Positions 14,101-27,399 of a stretch of DNA of 48,301 nucleotides are shown piece after piece. The notes beneath the pieces were generated by a model. That model was not told the DNA's origin. It did not search any database and saw nothing but the letters and a program-made list of their open reading frames with translations. Position numbers and translations under genes: made by a program. The stretch is from Streblomastix strix (Eukaryota). Location: assembly GCA_008636045.1 (NCBI GenBank), contig SNRW01000010.1:1-48301 (forward strand). The letters are read 5' to 3'. Numbering within the stretch: position 1 is the stretch's first letter; every line of letters begins with the position of its first letter.

Positions 14101-17100
14101 ATCATTTAAATAACCATATTATCATTTAATATTTATTATATATTATTATATTATTTTATGTTTTGTATTGAACAGATAATTGTGAATAAATTTTGAAAAG
14201 TGATTTCCTGAAGAATATATCTGAATATCTTAGATAACCTATTGAAGGAAATGATTAATAGAAAAAAGGGATATTGAATAAATAATAAACAGGATGTGAG
14301 ATTATTTATGCGATATTTAATGGAAGAGAAGATTCTTAAGGAAGATAAAACACGATTGATATTGGAATTGTAGATTAACTGATTAGAATCTTAAATAATT
14401 ACAAAATGAATATAATCTCAGAAGCATATGTAAATGCATTATTATCAATATCAGGACCAGCAAGTGATTAAATTAAAGAATAGATCGTTGCTAAGAAAGC
14501 TTATCAATCATTGATTCGAATATTTGATCATAATAAAATTGAAGTAATAAATTCTTCAATTTAAATAATTGATAATCTGTTATCTGTTTATGAGAATAAA
14601 GAACTTGATTTATCAACACATCCACACTTTGATTAGATGCAATAATATAATGGAATTGATAAGATCTACTAATTATTCAAAAAGAATATGAATAAAGATA
14701 TTAGAAATCGATCAGCATTATGTATTGGAAGATTGTACTGTGCATAATCAATTAATAATTAAATTATGAAAGTCGAAGTTATTACACATTTGAAAAAGCT
14801 CACTGAAGATCCAATATTACAAGATTCTGCTTATAAAAGACTATTAGAACTTGCTTAGAATGATGGTATATTATTTTTTACATAATCTATTCATTTGTTT
14901 ACATTATTCATTATTTAATATATTTAATTATCATTATTTATCTATTTATGCAATTTATAGGCAATCGTATTGAAATAATGAATTCTACAATGTTGAAGGG
15001 CATTGCTTTAGATCTTCAAAAAGAAATTATTGGAAGTGAAGATAATATTAATGAGATTAAAGAAAGATAATTCAAACTATGCAATTTTCTAATCTCATTA
15101 ATGAAAAGATTAGAAGATTAAGAAATAATGAAACTTGTAATTAGCAGTGGAATATCTCAATCTCTTACAATTATGTTTTAGAAAAGAGATTTAGAATCGA
15201 TCACTCGAATATTCTCTTAAACATTTTATAATATAACAGCTGCTTCAAAAGTTGATGCTCGAGTGATGATTTTTGAGAAATAACCATTTCCAGGATTAAT
15301 TCGATTACTGAATCATTCGAATATTGATATTGTTTCAGATTCATTAAATTCAATTATGAATATTGTTTTAGCTGGAACTGAAACAACTATTGAAACAAAT
15401 GTTCATCCTTATTTCAATGAAGTTAATGGATGTAATGGAATAGAAGCGATATACTCTATTTTCTAATAGAACATAAACAATGATTTGAAAAATACATCAG
15501 CAATTCTTTTTGGACATTTGTATAGATCAAGAGAAATTAAAGATATTAATCAAAGAATTGAAATTATTTCACATTTGAAGACACTTCTTAACAATTCAAA
15601 CATTGAAATAAAGAAGAATGGAAAGAATGCGATTGTTGATCTTGGATAGAATGAAAGTATTTTATTTATTAATAAACTATTATATTTTAATTAATTCAAT
15701 TTATCATATCTATTATTTTTTTTTATTTATTTTTTGTTCCTCAGTTAATCGAGCTGATATCTTGTCTATTGAATTCCTGAAAAGCATTTCCGATGATTTA
15801 TAAATTCGTGTAGAAGGAAGTAATGAATAAATATTAGAGATTAATTGTAAATAATAATTTTAATGTGAATTACTAACATAAATTTTAAAAGGAAAAAAAG
15901 ATGCTGAAATTCGAAAGAATTGTATTGAAACTAAAATAGTCAAATCTCTCATTAATATTTATTAAGAAAGAAAAATTAATTAAATAACACCTTCATTTTC
16001 AGAACTGTTTTTAGTAATCAGTTAATGTTCAAATGATATTGTGAATTTACTATTTGATGAGAAACCATTTGAAGGATTAATTCGCTTATTTGAGAATCCA
16101 AATAAATTAGTAGTGAGTCATTCAATTAATTCTTTATTCAACATTGTTTGTGCAGGTGCATCAACATAATCAACAAGAAAACCCAATCCTCATTTGGAAT
16201 TAATTGAATAATATGAAGGTATCAATTAACTATTTACGTTATTTCTCAAAAATTCTAGCAAAGATATAAGTGATAAATCAGCATTAATAATTGGTATTCT
16301 CTTCAGATAAAGGCTGATTGAAAATTCAATTATACGATCGCATATAATTTTACATTTACAATAACTTACTAATGATTCAAACTAATAAACAAGATATTTA
16401 GCTTAATCAACATTTGATGGACTAATGAATGTATTTGGTATGAAAAATAATTGATATCAGAATATGAAATAGTTTTTGAATTAATCAATAAATTAAGATT
16501 TCATTTTTAATTATTTTTATTTTTCTTCTTCTAATATTTTTTCAAATAGAAAATAGATCAGCTCTTTCTGACAATGATTAGATTGCATTAGTTGTGAGAG
16601 ATTTAATGATCCCTTTATAAGGTGCTACTGCTGAATAAAAATAAGATATTCTTATAATACAAGATTATGGTTTTAAATATCTTTTCTCATTAATAGAAGA
16701 CTAAGATAAAATGGGTAGATTATTAATTGATTAAGGAGTTATTGATACAATTATCTATATTCTAGAAACACGTGATCTTCCAGATATTAATAGAAAACTT
16801 CTAAGTATTATCGGATATATATGTTTAAGCAGTGACGATGACTCTATGTATATTGTATAAAGAAAGAATCCATTCCCTGGTCTTATCAGGCTATTTAATC
16901 ATGCAGAGGAAAAGACTATTAATACATCAATTGAAATTATATTTTACATTTTGTTAGCCGCCCACCGCAAAACTGAAGCCAAAAGTCTTCATCCATATTT
17001 TGATAATGTTGCATCTGTTGGAATTGAGAAGATTTTGGAACTTTTTAGACGAACTACTGACAAAGAAACAAGAGATTATTCAGCAGGAAGCTTAGGGATT

Positions 17101-18176
17101 GTTTTCAGAGCTCGTGCAATCAATGATCCGACAATGAGACATGAAATAATTTAGTATTGCAGAGCTCTTCTATATGATCCAGAAAAGAAATTGTCATCCA
17201 TGGGATTATGTGCACTCAATTGTATGGCAGAAAATAAAGGTATTCAATATAAATGAAAATATATTAATTATGTTTTAAATTTTTTAGAAAATATCTTAAA
17301 TCTAATAAATTTTCACAATAAATCTTTATTTTCCAGTTAATCGATCAGATTTCTTATATGGAATTTCATTGTAAGACATGGCAAATGATTTTGGAAGACC
17401 GCTCTATGGAAATGAAGAAGAGAGAAATAATATTATAAGAATGTAAGAGTGTCATTGCACATTGATTTTTTCTATGTTCGCAGGTATTGAAGATGACTAA
17501 TTACGATAATTTGTTCTAAATTCATACTTCCCAGATTCACTTCTCCGAATGTTTGAATAAAGAGACTTAAACACCATAAAAGAAATTCATATTGAAGCAT
17601 TCTTCTAACTAACCTTGATAAAGAAAGATGAAGCTCGTGCACAAATCTCGTGGAAAAGGCCATTTCCAGGATTATTGAGGCTTCTTAATCACTCAGAAAT
17701 TATTATTGTTGAGAAATCTTTATTTAGTTTATACAATATCATAAAAAGTGGGATGGTATTATCAAAACGAACGGAGGAAACTCATCCACATTTCCAAGCA
17801 ATGTAAGAATGTTAAGGGATTGAAAAGATATATGCACTTTTCCAAAGGAATTTGAAGAAAGATATTAAAGATACATCAGCTGAATGCATTGGGTATTTAC
17901 ATAAAAACAGATAGATATAAAATAAATATATGCAAAGGGATGTAATAATGCATTTGATTCGATTAATTAGAGATTCTGATCAGACAGATAGAGGAATTGC
18001 ATAAACTGCTTTAATATATCTTGCTCTCAATAATAGTTTGCACATATTTAAATAATTGTTATAAAATTTCAATTGTTTTTTATTAAAAATTAATTTATAT
18101 TGTATTTGATTATATTGTTTCAGATAATCAATAATTTATGATTAGTATTGGTTTTGATCCAATGACTTTACTGTGA
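11139..18176 (+). CDS. ARM/HEAT-like alpha-solenoid protein built from nine ~230-aa tandem modules (~2,090 aa)
   Basis: ATG at 11139 (MACSCLG). Recurrent motifs KPFPGLIRLL.H, HPHF..M..C.GIEKI, SICIG.LF and LA.N..NR.EI. Eight phase-1 introns: 12532-12622, 13301-13386, 14077-14175, 14866-14960, 15657-15744, 16438-16549, 17240-17336, 18036-18123. One in-frame TGA at 11391. Ends TGA TGA. Confidence 0.85.
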
Positions 18177-18649
18177 TGATGTTCAAGTTACAGTGAAAAA
18201 ATTTTAATTTAATTTATTTCATTTCATAATTAATTTTTGTTTTCAACCACAAACTATAATAATTAATTTTATAATTGTTTTTTGTTCACTAAACTGAAAA
18301 TAAATTGATGTAATTATTTTATTTATAAAACTATTATTTTTATATTTTATTAATTATTATATAATATTTTATTATAATGTAGAGCAAAAATAGTTTATAA
18401 TAGAAATTGAAACACACATCAAAATATTTGACCAAGCTATTCTTGAAAAATAAATTGGACCCATAGTTTGAATATATTTTATTTTAATATTCATGATTAT
18501 ATTTTTATTTGCTTTATTTTTCCATTTCTATTTTAATTTATACTTTGCTATATTAACGTAAAGATTATGGAGCAATTTGGAATGTATTTATTTATAATTA
18601 TTACTCATCAAAGAATATTATACTTATTTTTTATGTGAAAATCACACTA

Positions 18650-18880
18650 AAACAAACAGATATTTGTATTTATTGGACTATAAAGCTACACTGAAAGTGT
18701 CGGAAAGCGTGATAATCATTTATAAATTTGCAAATCTTCCAGTTTAATTTATATTTTAATTGATTTATTCATTTATTATGCAATTATTATTCTATTTATA
18801 TACCTTTCTTACTTATATGTAGCTGTCGTAATTAATTGCAATAGATGGTTCGGGGAAAATCCGTGCCTTCGGCTTTGAAA
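18650..18880 (+). pseudogene. Possible MULE transposase fragment, apparently intron-containing
   Basis: YLYLLDYKATLK and LSQLIAIDGSGKIRAFGF resemble the MULE first-Asp region and the 'GID..G.....GF' segment. Short and degenerate. Confidence 0.35.
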
Positions 18881-18884
18881 CAAG

Positions 18885-19571
18885 AGGTTCCTACTGAAAT
18901 CAATAAAACACGAATTAATCCCTCCTGGATAATAGCTTAAAAGGAAAATACCCAAATCAACGATGTACGACATGTTTCACTAACGTAGTAAAGGGGTTAA
19001 ACCCAAAAATCGCGGAAGTCGCAAAAAGATCACTGAAAAAATTTAAAGAAAAATTACCAACTACGCTCGAAGGCATCGAAGATCGGGCCATCGTTCAATT
19101 GCAAGTGGAGCCAAAATAGATGTGTCACCAACTAGCACACAGCAAGTGTTACATGATAACGGTTTCATATCTATTAAGCTGCGGCGTAGACCGTTACTCA
19201 TACATAGTCACATCCAAGCAAGAATTGATTTTATGACGGAATATTTGGTTGACATTTCAATAGTAAATACTTCTATTGCATTTAGCGACGAGAAGAAATT
19301 TCGATATGACAGCCTAGATGGCTGGTCCGTGTATTAGGCTCATATCTTGGACAATCCTGGCGCAGTGCATTTCTCAAAGGACTGTGGTAAATACAAGGAA
19401 GTCATAGTGCATATTGTAATTAGCAGCGCTGGAGTTCTTAGCGTCGCACGTGTTGTAAGGATAATGAATGCAGAGCTGTGGAGAGACTTACTTGCTGACG
19501 AAGTTCAACCTGAGATACATGCTGCACATAGTATAGAGAGTGTATCATTATGGCGAATCATGCACAAATGA
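18885..19571 (+). mobile_element. Tc1/Tc3-like transposase relic with an internal deletion
   Basis: KSTMYDMF...RGSRKKIT...VSPTSTQQVLHDNGF..KLRRRPLL...ARIDF...IAFSDEKKFRYDSLDG matches Tc3 VVFSDEKKFNLDGPDG. The QQDNA and SPDLNP segments are missing. Confidence 0.85.
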
Positions 19572-19634
19572 CTAAGACTTCTGGGCTGCAATATAGGTGG
19601 AAGCCTTAAACAATTTTATTAAGATAAAAATAGT

Positions 19635-19880
19635 TATGAAAATTTAGACACGAAGATTGCTTTCTTCAGGGCACACGCTATTCTTTCAAATGAAACATGC
19701 GTATCGTATTAATCGTTATTCGGAATATATGTTAACACTGTGGGTGAATAATTCTGGCTTAGCGTCGTAGTGACAGACAAGGATCCTACCATCATGAGCC
19801 TGATATCTGAAAATTAATAATATTTTCATCATCTTCCTTGCCGATGGCACATGTTTAAGAATATTAAAGCAAACTCATGA
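19635..19880 (+). mobile_element. MULE (Mutator) transposase fragment
   Basis: AILSNETCVSYQSLF...VVVTDKDPTIMSLI...HHLPCRWHMFKNI shows the MULE 'ET..SY', 'VTD.D' and 'C.WH' signatures. Confidence 0.85.
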
Positions 19881-20319
19881 ATGTTATGATGTATCCAGAA
19901 ATAAAATGATACTAGTAGTAAAATTTATGCACTTATCTTGATACTTTAAAAATGCGCTACTTCCTCTTATTAGTGGTCACAGACCACATATTGAACGTCA
20001 ATTCATCATGACATTTTCTCCTCTACTTCCTATTTCTTTATTTCTTAAAGATATTTCTTTCACTTAATGATTCGCATTGTAAGTAAAATGCTACTGAAGC
20101 ATTCCAATTCATTTCATATAATATAATATTCTTATTTGTCTGAAAAAAATTTTAATTTTTCAAAAGCAATTTTAAAGTGAAAAACAAAATTAAACAATTA
20201 TTGAAAAAAATTTCCATATAAAAAATCTATTATTTAAATTTTTATTTAAAATATTATTTTTTAAAATTTAAATTTTTAAAAATTTTGAATTAAATCTATA
20301 TTAATTTTCAATATATTTA

Positions 20320-21277
20320 GAAACAAAAAACAATTGGTTGAAACAATTGCAGACCTTTAAAAAGTGGTTCGTACCTAAGAAATAGAAATCCAATATTTAA
20401 AAACAAAGTAGAAGGAATCATTGCAACAAGAGCCTTAACTGAAGAAGACTACACTAACACAGTAAAATGCACTTGAAGAAAAAATAATTGAAGCATGCGA
20501 ATGGGTAAAAAAGCAGAAGCAGATCCAAAAAGAAAAACCAACTCCTGCAAAAAAAAGGCTGTATTTCCGTTGAAGAAACATAAAGAAATGAATAATTAAG
20601 AAATTTTGCTGAGATACTTTTAAAATGGAACTACTTATATAATGAAAAATATAAAAGCATCAGGCATAATTCATAGTCACCTAATCACTGGCTATCTTAT
20701 TTTAAGTTCTTTAGTAGATTAAGAAGAGATTGATACATTAGAATAAGATTCTTAAAAAATGAAGGACATGGCAGCTGCAATTTATTACGATGGAGAGCAT
20801 CTTGCAAATGTATGGATTCCTGGTAACGCAAAGTAGAACATAAAAGGTAAAGTAATTGATTTTAATATCAATAAAGATCCCCTTGGAAATCAGAAATATA
20901 TAAATGTTGAAGAGTATGAAAGAATGAAGATGCACCTGAAAGTAAGTTCCAAATTGAAGTAGTTCTCATAAAATTTGGCAAATCTATATAAAAGACTGAA
21001 AAAAATTCTAAGCAACAATAAAATGATGAACAATTAGAAAAGTATTGAGGAAAGGAAGGAAATAAAATCTAATAATTAGAAGGAATATTGGAAAACGTAT
21101 AAAATTAATGGAAGAGGACGTATGCTGTGGGATGAACATGTGAAACATCTGAAATAGTAAACAAAGAAAACATCTTATCGATACTTCGATAACATGAATA
21201 AAGCAAGTACATTGAAGGACAGAAAATATTGGTAAGCATAACTAAGATAATCCCCCCTATTTCAAGAGATGCGTTGA
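20320..21277 (+). pseudogene. Frameshifted intronless hypothetical ORF, probably part of the adjacent viral block
   Basis: Long TAR=Gln frames (…AAIYYDGEHLANVWIPGNAK…) broken by frameshifts in A-runs. No recognisable domain. Confidence 0.4.
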
Positions 21278-21399
21278 CACTGAGAAAGAATTCAAGATGA
21301 AATATGTAATAGTTCGGGGAAAAAGAGTATGACTGAGTTAACATTCCTTTTTAGCGATTGAATAACACTTAACTCTGATTTAATCTCTTGTAAATAAAA

Positions 21400-22216
21400 A
21401 AATAAGTGATAATTATTTTGTATTAAAATGGTTCAAATTATTGATCATTAGATCTTATCTTCGTTATTACGTCCTTGATCAATGTTTTTTTTGCATTGAC
21501 GGTGGATGCTCTGAAACTACAATTCATTATTTCTCTTTCTTTTGGCGGCTTAGTTATTCATAGTCATTTCATGTAAGGATCTCTTTTTATTCCTTATTGT
21601 TTCAATTTAGCTATTAATGCAGTTCGTTCTAAATCATAAAAATCTATATAATATTTTTTCTTCTAATTTCTTTTCCGTATATGGTATTTATCACCTAATC
21701 TTACAGCTGTTGTATAACCATTGACAGTATAAATTACTTTCTTTTTCTTATTATATTCAACCACATTTTCTGGATTGGCTTCATTTTCATCTAAGTCTTA
21801 TTCTTATTCACTAAATTGTATACCCAAATGTTTATCAAATATATATTTTTGAGCACTGACGGCGGATGATAACCTATCAATTTTCTTAATATTTTCGCAT
21901 AATTAACCAATGAGTGTTGCATGATCATCATCTGCATCTTCTCTAAATTATGGATCTCCATACATTCTTATTCTTTGATTCATTTATAGATGAAATGGCG
22001 GCCATCCAAAAAGTTTTTCTCGTGATTTCATTCAGTTCTATCTTGCAATTTGTGATTCATAATAATCGTAATCATCCTCCATTTTATCAACTTCCATCAA
22101 ACCTCTATCTGATTACCCATTTAAAATTAACTTCCTTCTGCTTCAAACTCTCGTCTTGCATTTGTTGATTTCTACGCAACTATTTGTTATTTTTGTTATT
22201 CTGCTAATGATGACAT
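21400..22216 (-). pseudogene. Degenerate hypothetical ORF, head-to-head with the packaging ATPase
   Basis: ATG at 22216. Coding-like frame (…NPENVVEYNKKKKVIYTVNGYTT…) with a frameshift and several TGA codons. Confidence 0.45.
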
Positions 22217-22239
22217 TCTATTTTTAACTAATAAAAAAT

Positions 22240-23050
22240 ATGTTTTATTATATAAAAATTGCGAGTTTAACATAAAAAGTAGATAACATTTTAAAAGAAA
22301 TAAAAGTGAATAAGCACGAAATTCAAACAATTATTCATAAAAAATTAAATTTTTCTTAAAATATAGTAAATTTATTGAAAGATTAGCTTGGCTGTGGTAA
22401 GACATACTATGTCTTTAAAGATTTAATTAAATTGAGCCAATTAAAAAAACATTGTTATACATTGTTCATATACGTCAGCGACTCAAATTATGACACCACT
22501 TACAAAAAGATGAAGGAATTGATTAAAATTCCGACTAGAATTATTCCATATGCCGAAGCAGATTAAGTGTTGAATGATTTGATAGAATGTAAATAAGCGC
22601 ATGATGAAATTTAAGAAAAATAATTATAAAAAAAAATAACGGAAGAATCAAAAGATGATATATTAATAAATGTGTTTAGAACTAGTGGAGAAGGTAATTT
22701 TAGTATAATATTTCCTCAAACAATTGTTTTATTTGACGATGCAATGAATATTTTTAAAAATAAAAATAATCCACTGTTTAAAAAGTTATATAAGAACAGG
22801 TAGCACAGAATAACATACTTCATTTGTTTATAGGACATCATTGGTTTAGATCAGCTATTAAATCAAATCTTGATTCATTATGGTTTTTTGGTTCATTTAA
22901 TATATTAAAATTCAATTAATTTTTCTATTAATCAACTATTTCATCAGATAAAGAAACAATATGGTATGAGTACATACGATTAACTAAATAATAAGCTTTA
23001 GTGATATAATATGAAATGAATGGAATAACTATTAAAATAATCTAAAACAA
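22240..23050 (+). pseudogene. A32-like (FtsK/HerA) genome-packaging ATPase of a Polinton/Maverick-type virus, one frameshift
   Basis: Degenerate Walker A LLKDQLGCGKT (~22375-22404), Walker B TIVLFDD (~22720-22740), A32-type KNRQHRITYFICLQ, then IKSNLDSLWFFG after a frameshift near 22850. Confidence 0.85.
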
Positions 23051-23562
23051 TTAATTATTTTCCATATATTTTTCTCACTTGTTGCATTATTGCAGTTGCT
23101 TTTCGGATTTCTAGAAAAACCCATTTGACTCGATGCACTCGATGCACCCCGTCCACTCAACAGTCATTCATTTCAACGCTTAAACTAAATGGTTCTGAAC
23201 ATCCAAAAACTTGTCTACTTAATATTCGATCCTATTCAATTAATCTTTAGCACAAGTTCTTATACATCTTTGACCTTCTATTTTTGATAACTTATAGCCT
23301 TCCAATTTATATAATTTATATAATTTTTACATTGTTAGTTTAGATAATTGTTAATAATTTTATGAAATAAATTATTTGAAATCGTTTAAGTTCTAAAAAT
23401 ATTTATGTTCATTATTCTATCCTTCGACCCCCTCCTCGAGTGGTATTTCTTCCTACTCATCTGAATCTATTTATAATTTTGAAGAGAATTAATTATTTTT
23501 TCTATTATCGAACATGATTATTTCCATTTTATTTCTACAAAAATAAAACAAATATTGTCTTT

Positions 23563-24814
23563 CAATTGTTTTTCATGTTGCACTTTATAAAATTAATGAT
23601 TTCATCCACTAATTCAGGTTTAAAGATATATCAGTATTTATGAAACTTTAATTAATCTCCAAACAGTTCTTATAATTAATATTTTATTTCATATTTTTTT
23701 GTCATAATTATTGGTATTTTTTCATTGAATAATAAACTATCCTTCAACTCTGTCATTAATTTTTTACTCGTACAGTATTTATTTCTCCTTCTAGTGTTAT
23801 TGACTGTGTTGTCGTTCTCATCATCATCTTCTATTTGAATTGCGAATACATGATCCGCTTAATATCCATCTGGAACAGCTCTTGGTTTTAATTGTTTTAT
23901 TTCATTATTTTTTTTAATTTATTTCTACTTTTTTATTCATCAATAATTCATTAAACCTTTTCTTCCACAAAATCAGCCATTTAGACAGTTCCGATGGTTT
24001 CAGTCTATGGTTGTATTCATATTGGCCTGTGTATATAAATCATAATAATTATTATAATATTAATTGATTACAGTAATTAAATAAAATGTATATACAAAAT
24101 CCTAAATTATATAAATATATATTAAATAAAATAAAAATTTTAATTTTTTTATCAATTAAAAAATTTTTTATAAATTTAATTTATAAAATTTTACATTCAA
24201 ATTTTTATTATTAAAATAATTTTTTTGAAAAATTTTAAATTATTTCATTATTTAATATTATGATATTTGTTAATAAATAATAGAAATCTTTAAAAATTTT
24301 GGTTAGAAATATTCAGTTATGTGACTCATACAATCATTCAAACTAAAAAACATGCTACCATCGGAACAGATCCATTGATGTTTAATCGTCTTGAGATTAG
24401 AATTCAAATTATATACGTTCATTAAATACATCCATTTTCAAATTAACAAGATATAAATATTTTATCGACATTTTCATGCAAATTATGTTTATTAAATCTT
24501 TATAAATGAACGTAGCTTTTATATCATTTATATATTCATTCACTAATTGTTATTCAAGATGGTGCTAGCTTATAAGTGAGCCAGCCGATTTATCTTTCAA
24601 AAATTACTTGAAATTTCTATTCATCTGGTGTCTTATTATAATTTTTTAATTATTTGTTTGTTTGTTATCGTTTATTGAATTTTTAAACTAATTTTGTAGC
24701 ATTAACGTATCCATCTTTATCTCGAATTATTATTTCAAACATCAAATAAGAACAAAATGTGAAAGTTTCATTGATTGATGTAATTTGTTGTATAGATGCA
24801 GCTAGTGCTTCCAT
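23563..24814 (-). pseudogene. KilA-N domain viral DNA-binding protein interrupted by a MITE
   Basis: FEIIIRDKDGYVNATKLV and KATFIYKDLINIICM match KilA-N motifs. Removing 23982-24373 plus one ATT rejoins the frame (…QTSM-ADFVEEKV…). Confidence 0.8.
23982..24373. mobile_element. MITE copy 1 (392 bp, ~18-bp TIRs, ATT target-site duplication)
   Basis: att|TAGACAGTTCCGATGGT … ACCATCGGAACAGATCC|att with an AT-rich non-coding interior. Confidence 0.8.
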
Positions 24815-25039
24815 TTTATGTATTGTTAAAAAAGTTGAAATTATACAAAATAATACAATTAATTTTAAACTCATATTTGTTTATACATTTATTGGTACGG
24901 CTACTTTTAGCCAGACTGCAATTCATTGGGTTATGTTTAATATTTCTAGGGGCATTTTCTTCTTCTAGAGTGGTTTGATGATTTAAACAAAAATATTCGT
25001 ATCAATAAGCCCGTAGTAATTCCCATGAGCTGGTTCGCA

Positions 25040-25435
25040 TCAATATTCCAACATCAATTCTAGAACAAATTTTAATTTTTAATAATTTATATCCAATAAC
25101 TCTTAGTTCTAACGGAACCATATGTATAAATATCTGTTGTGGTTATATTGTATGAAAGGCTTATAAACTCGTTATACGTTACAACAGACAACAAATTAAA
25201 CGAAATATTATTCTTCATGAACCATTGAACTACGAATAGAAATGTCCTCGTTACAGCTTAAGTTTGAACAATAACATTAGCAGAATATTATTTTTCTTTT
25301 ATTATCTGAATTTATAAACGCGTATGGTAGAGCAAAACCAACTCCATTCTAATCGTTCAGTACGATAACAACACTACCAATTTAAGTTAAAGTGTTGGAT
25401 GCTAAATTTTATATTGAAGTCATATTCGAAACCAT
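25040..25435 (-). CDS. Small beta-rich viral protein, candidate minor capsid/penton-like protein (131 aa)
   Basis: Open ATG-to-TGA frame ending YIWFRQNQELLDINYQKLKFVLELMLEY, directly downstream of the putative MCP. The penton role is inference only. Confidence 0.4.
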
Positions 25436-25585
25436 TTATTATGAAATAAGAAAAAATAATAAATATAACTAATGTCCTATTTAATTGGCTGTATTAAAGT
25501 TTCAGCTGATAGTTATATATATATATATATGAATAAAATTAAAATATATAAATATAAACGGATTACATTCTCAAGAACTAAGTAT

Positions 25586-27293
25586 TCATGCACTAAGTGG
25601 TTCAATAACTTCATCAAATCAATGGTTAATATCATATATGCAGCTTCCGCCGCAGCTTGTGAAAACAACCAAAATGTATCATAAACCATACATAAAATAG
25701 GAGATGGTGGTCTTTTCCATTTATATCGACATTATAGTATGAATCTGTTGTTCCTTGATATATTGGTGCTCCTCTGAGTTTGACAGAAGTTTTTTAATTC
25801 TGAGTGTTTAGCCCTTCAAAAGTCAATGCTCCATTGCTGTTGCTTTCACATTAAAGTGTTATAAAAAGGCTTATTAAATCAATGTGGGGATTAAATCTTC
25901 GAGTCGCTGTATTTCTTAGCGTTGTTAAAGCATCTTCAAATTCATTAATGGCTTCCAATAATAGATCAAGATATTAAGCATTGAATTAAAGTTGGAAGAA
26001 TTATTGGACAATCGTATTCATTGGCGTATCTGGGAAGTTTCGTCCGCAAATCGTTACTAACATGTTCTAATAGCAAGGATTTTCAAAGCATAGTGTAGCT
26101 TATACATTTTTCGGAAATAGAAGACAGAAATCCGTTACATGAGGCAGAGCAATATTTTAAGTTGCTTGCATTCCCATTAGTGAAGCACTCTTTGGAAATA
26201 ACCATACTTCCACTCGTTGAGCGGGAACCACAAACGGACGCCAGCTGCAGAATTAACTGACTCGATTAAGGCATGCATCAGTAGCTTTATAACCCGCCAT
26301 ATTAGCTGTAACCTCTGTTATAACATAATTTTTTATACTGATGGTAACGGGTTTGATGTCGCATACTAAGTTCTTCAATCCTGATTCAGTTAATGGTTCC
26401 GCATGTAGTCCTGTTATCAAGTCAGCAGTGCATCCAAATTATGTAAATTATTTGGAATATTTAAATGTCAGAGTCCAATTTCTGAACATCAAATCTATAT
26501 CCATTAACTTCTACCGACTATTACCCAATAAGTTGTCTTTATTCATTGTATAATATTTAACCATTGAAATAATTGGATTTACTTAACAGAAAACAAAAGC
26601 ATGAGGATTTATTTTGAATTTTATACTTAAATCACCAAATAAGCCATTGGAATAATCAGTGAATGAAGAGAATATCAAGAGGTTATTAAGTTGAATACTA
26701 ACTCTGAAACATATTGGAATTGTATATGGAACCGCTGTCTGATTTCCTATCAGCTCTTCAATCTCTCGCATACTTATATGTGTTCCACACGCTGACATAT
26801 CGAACTTATGAATGTTCTCATAAAAGGAATATATATGTTTTCTATTATTTTTCTCACTTTTTGGCTTGATAGTGATATAAATAAATGATTCTGTTGTTGC
26901 ACCATTCTATAGACTTCCATCAATGGTTTTATCTCCATGATAGACGGTATATTCTCTAATAAGATTTAAACCTGATTTGAGACTTACAAATTAAACCAAT
27001 CCATCATAATAGTATTCGTCAATTTAATCAAATTTATCCTTGAGTTATATATTAGAAATTAGTTCTACCGACAAGAACGAATGTTATATCTATATGATTT
27101 TGTGGTCCGTATCTAATAAACTAATGATTATTTCTTTATCAACCAACGCTGGCATATATGATTCTGGTTTGATTTCCTTGATAGAATAACGATGTTCTCC
27201 TTCATTAGTAAATGGAACTACCGCATTATGTAACAATGTTTGTTCAATGGTTTTTGTTTTTAAAAGAGTGACTTTCATTAAGAATCAATTCAT
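25586..27293 (-). pseudogene. Putative double-jelly-roll major capsid protein (~560 aa), with probable frameshifts near both termini
   Basis: Intronless TAR=Gln frame of >500 codons with beta-strand-like composition (FRVSIQLNNLLIF…LFGDLSIKFKINP…RPFVVPAQRVEV…VTDFCLLFP…ICGRNFPD). Size and position next to the A32 ATPase fit an MCP. The fold is not verified. Confidence 0.6.
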
Positions 27294-27399
27294 CTTTTAT
27301 TTACAATAAAAATACAAAAAAGGGCAAAATAAATATCAAAAAGTTATATAAATGTTCAATATTCATTTTATTAATGTTATATATTATCATCATCTAAGT

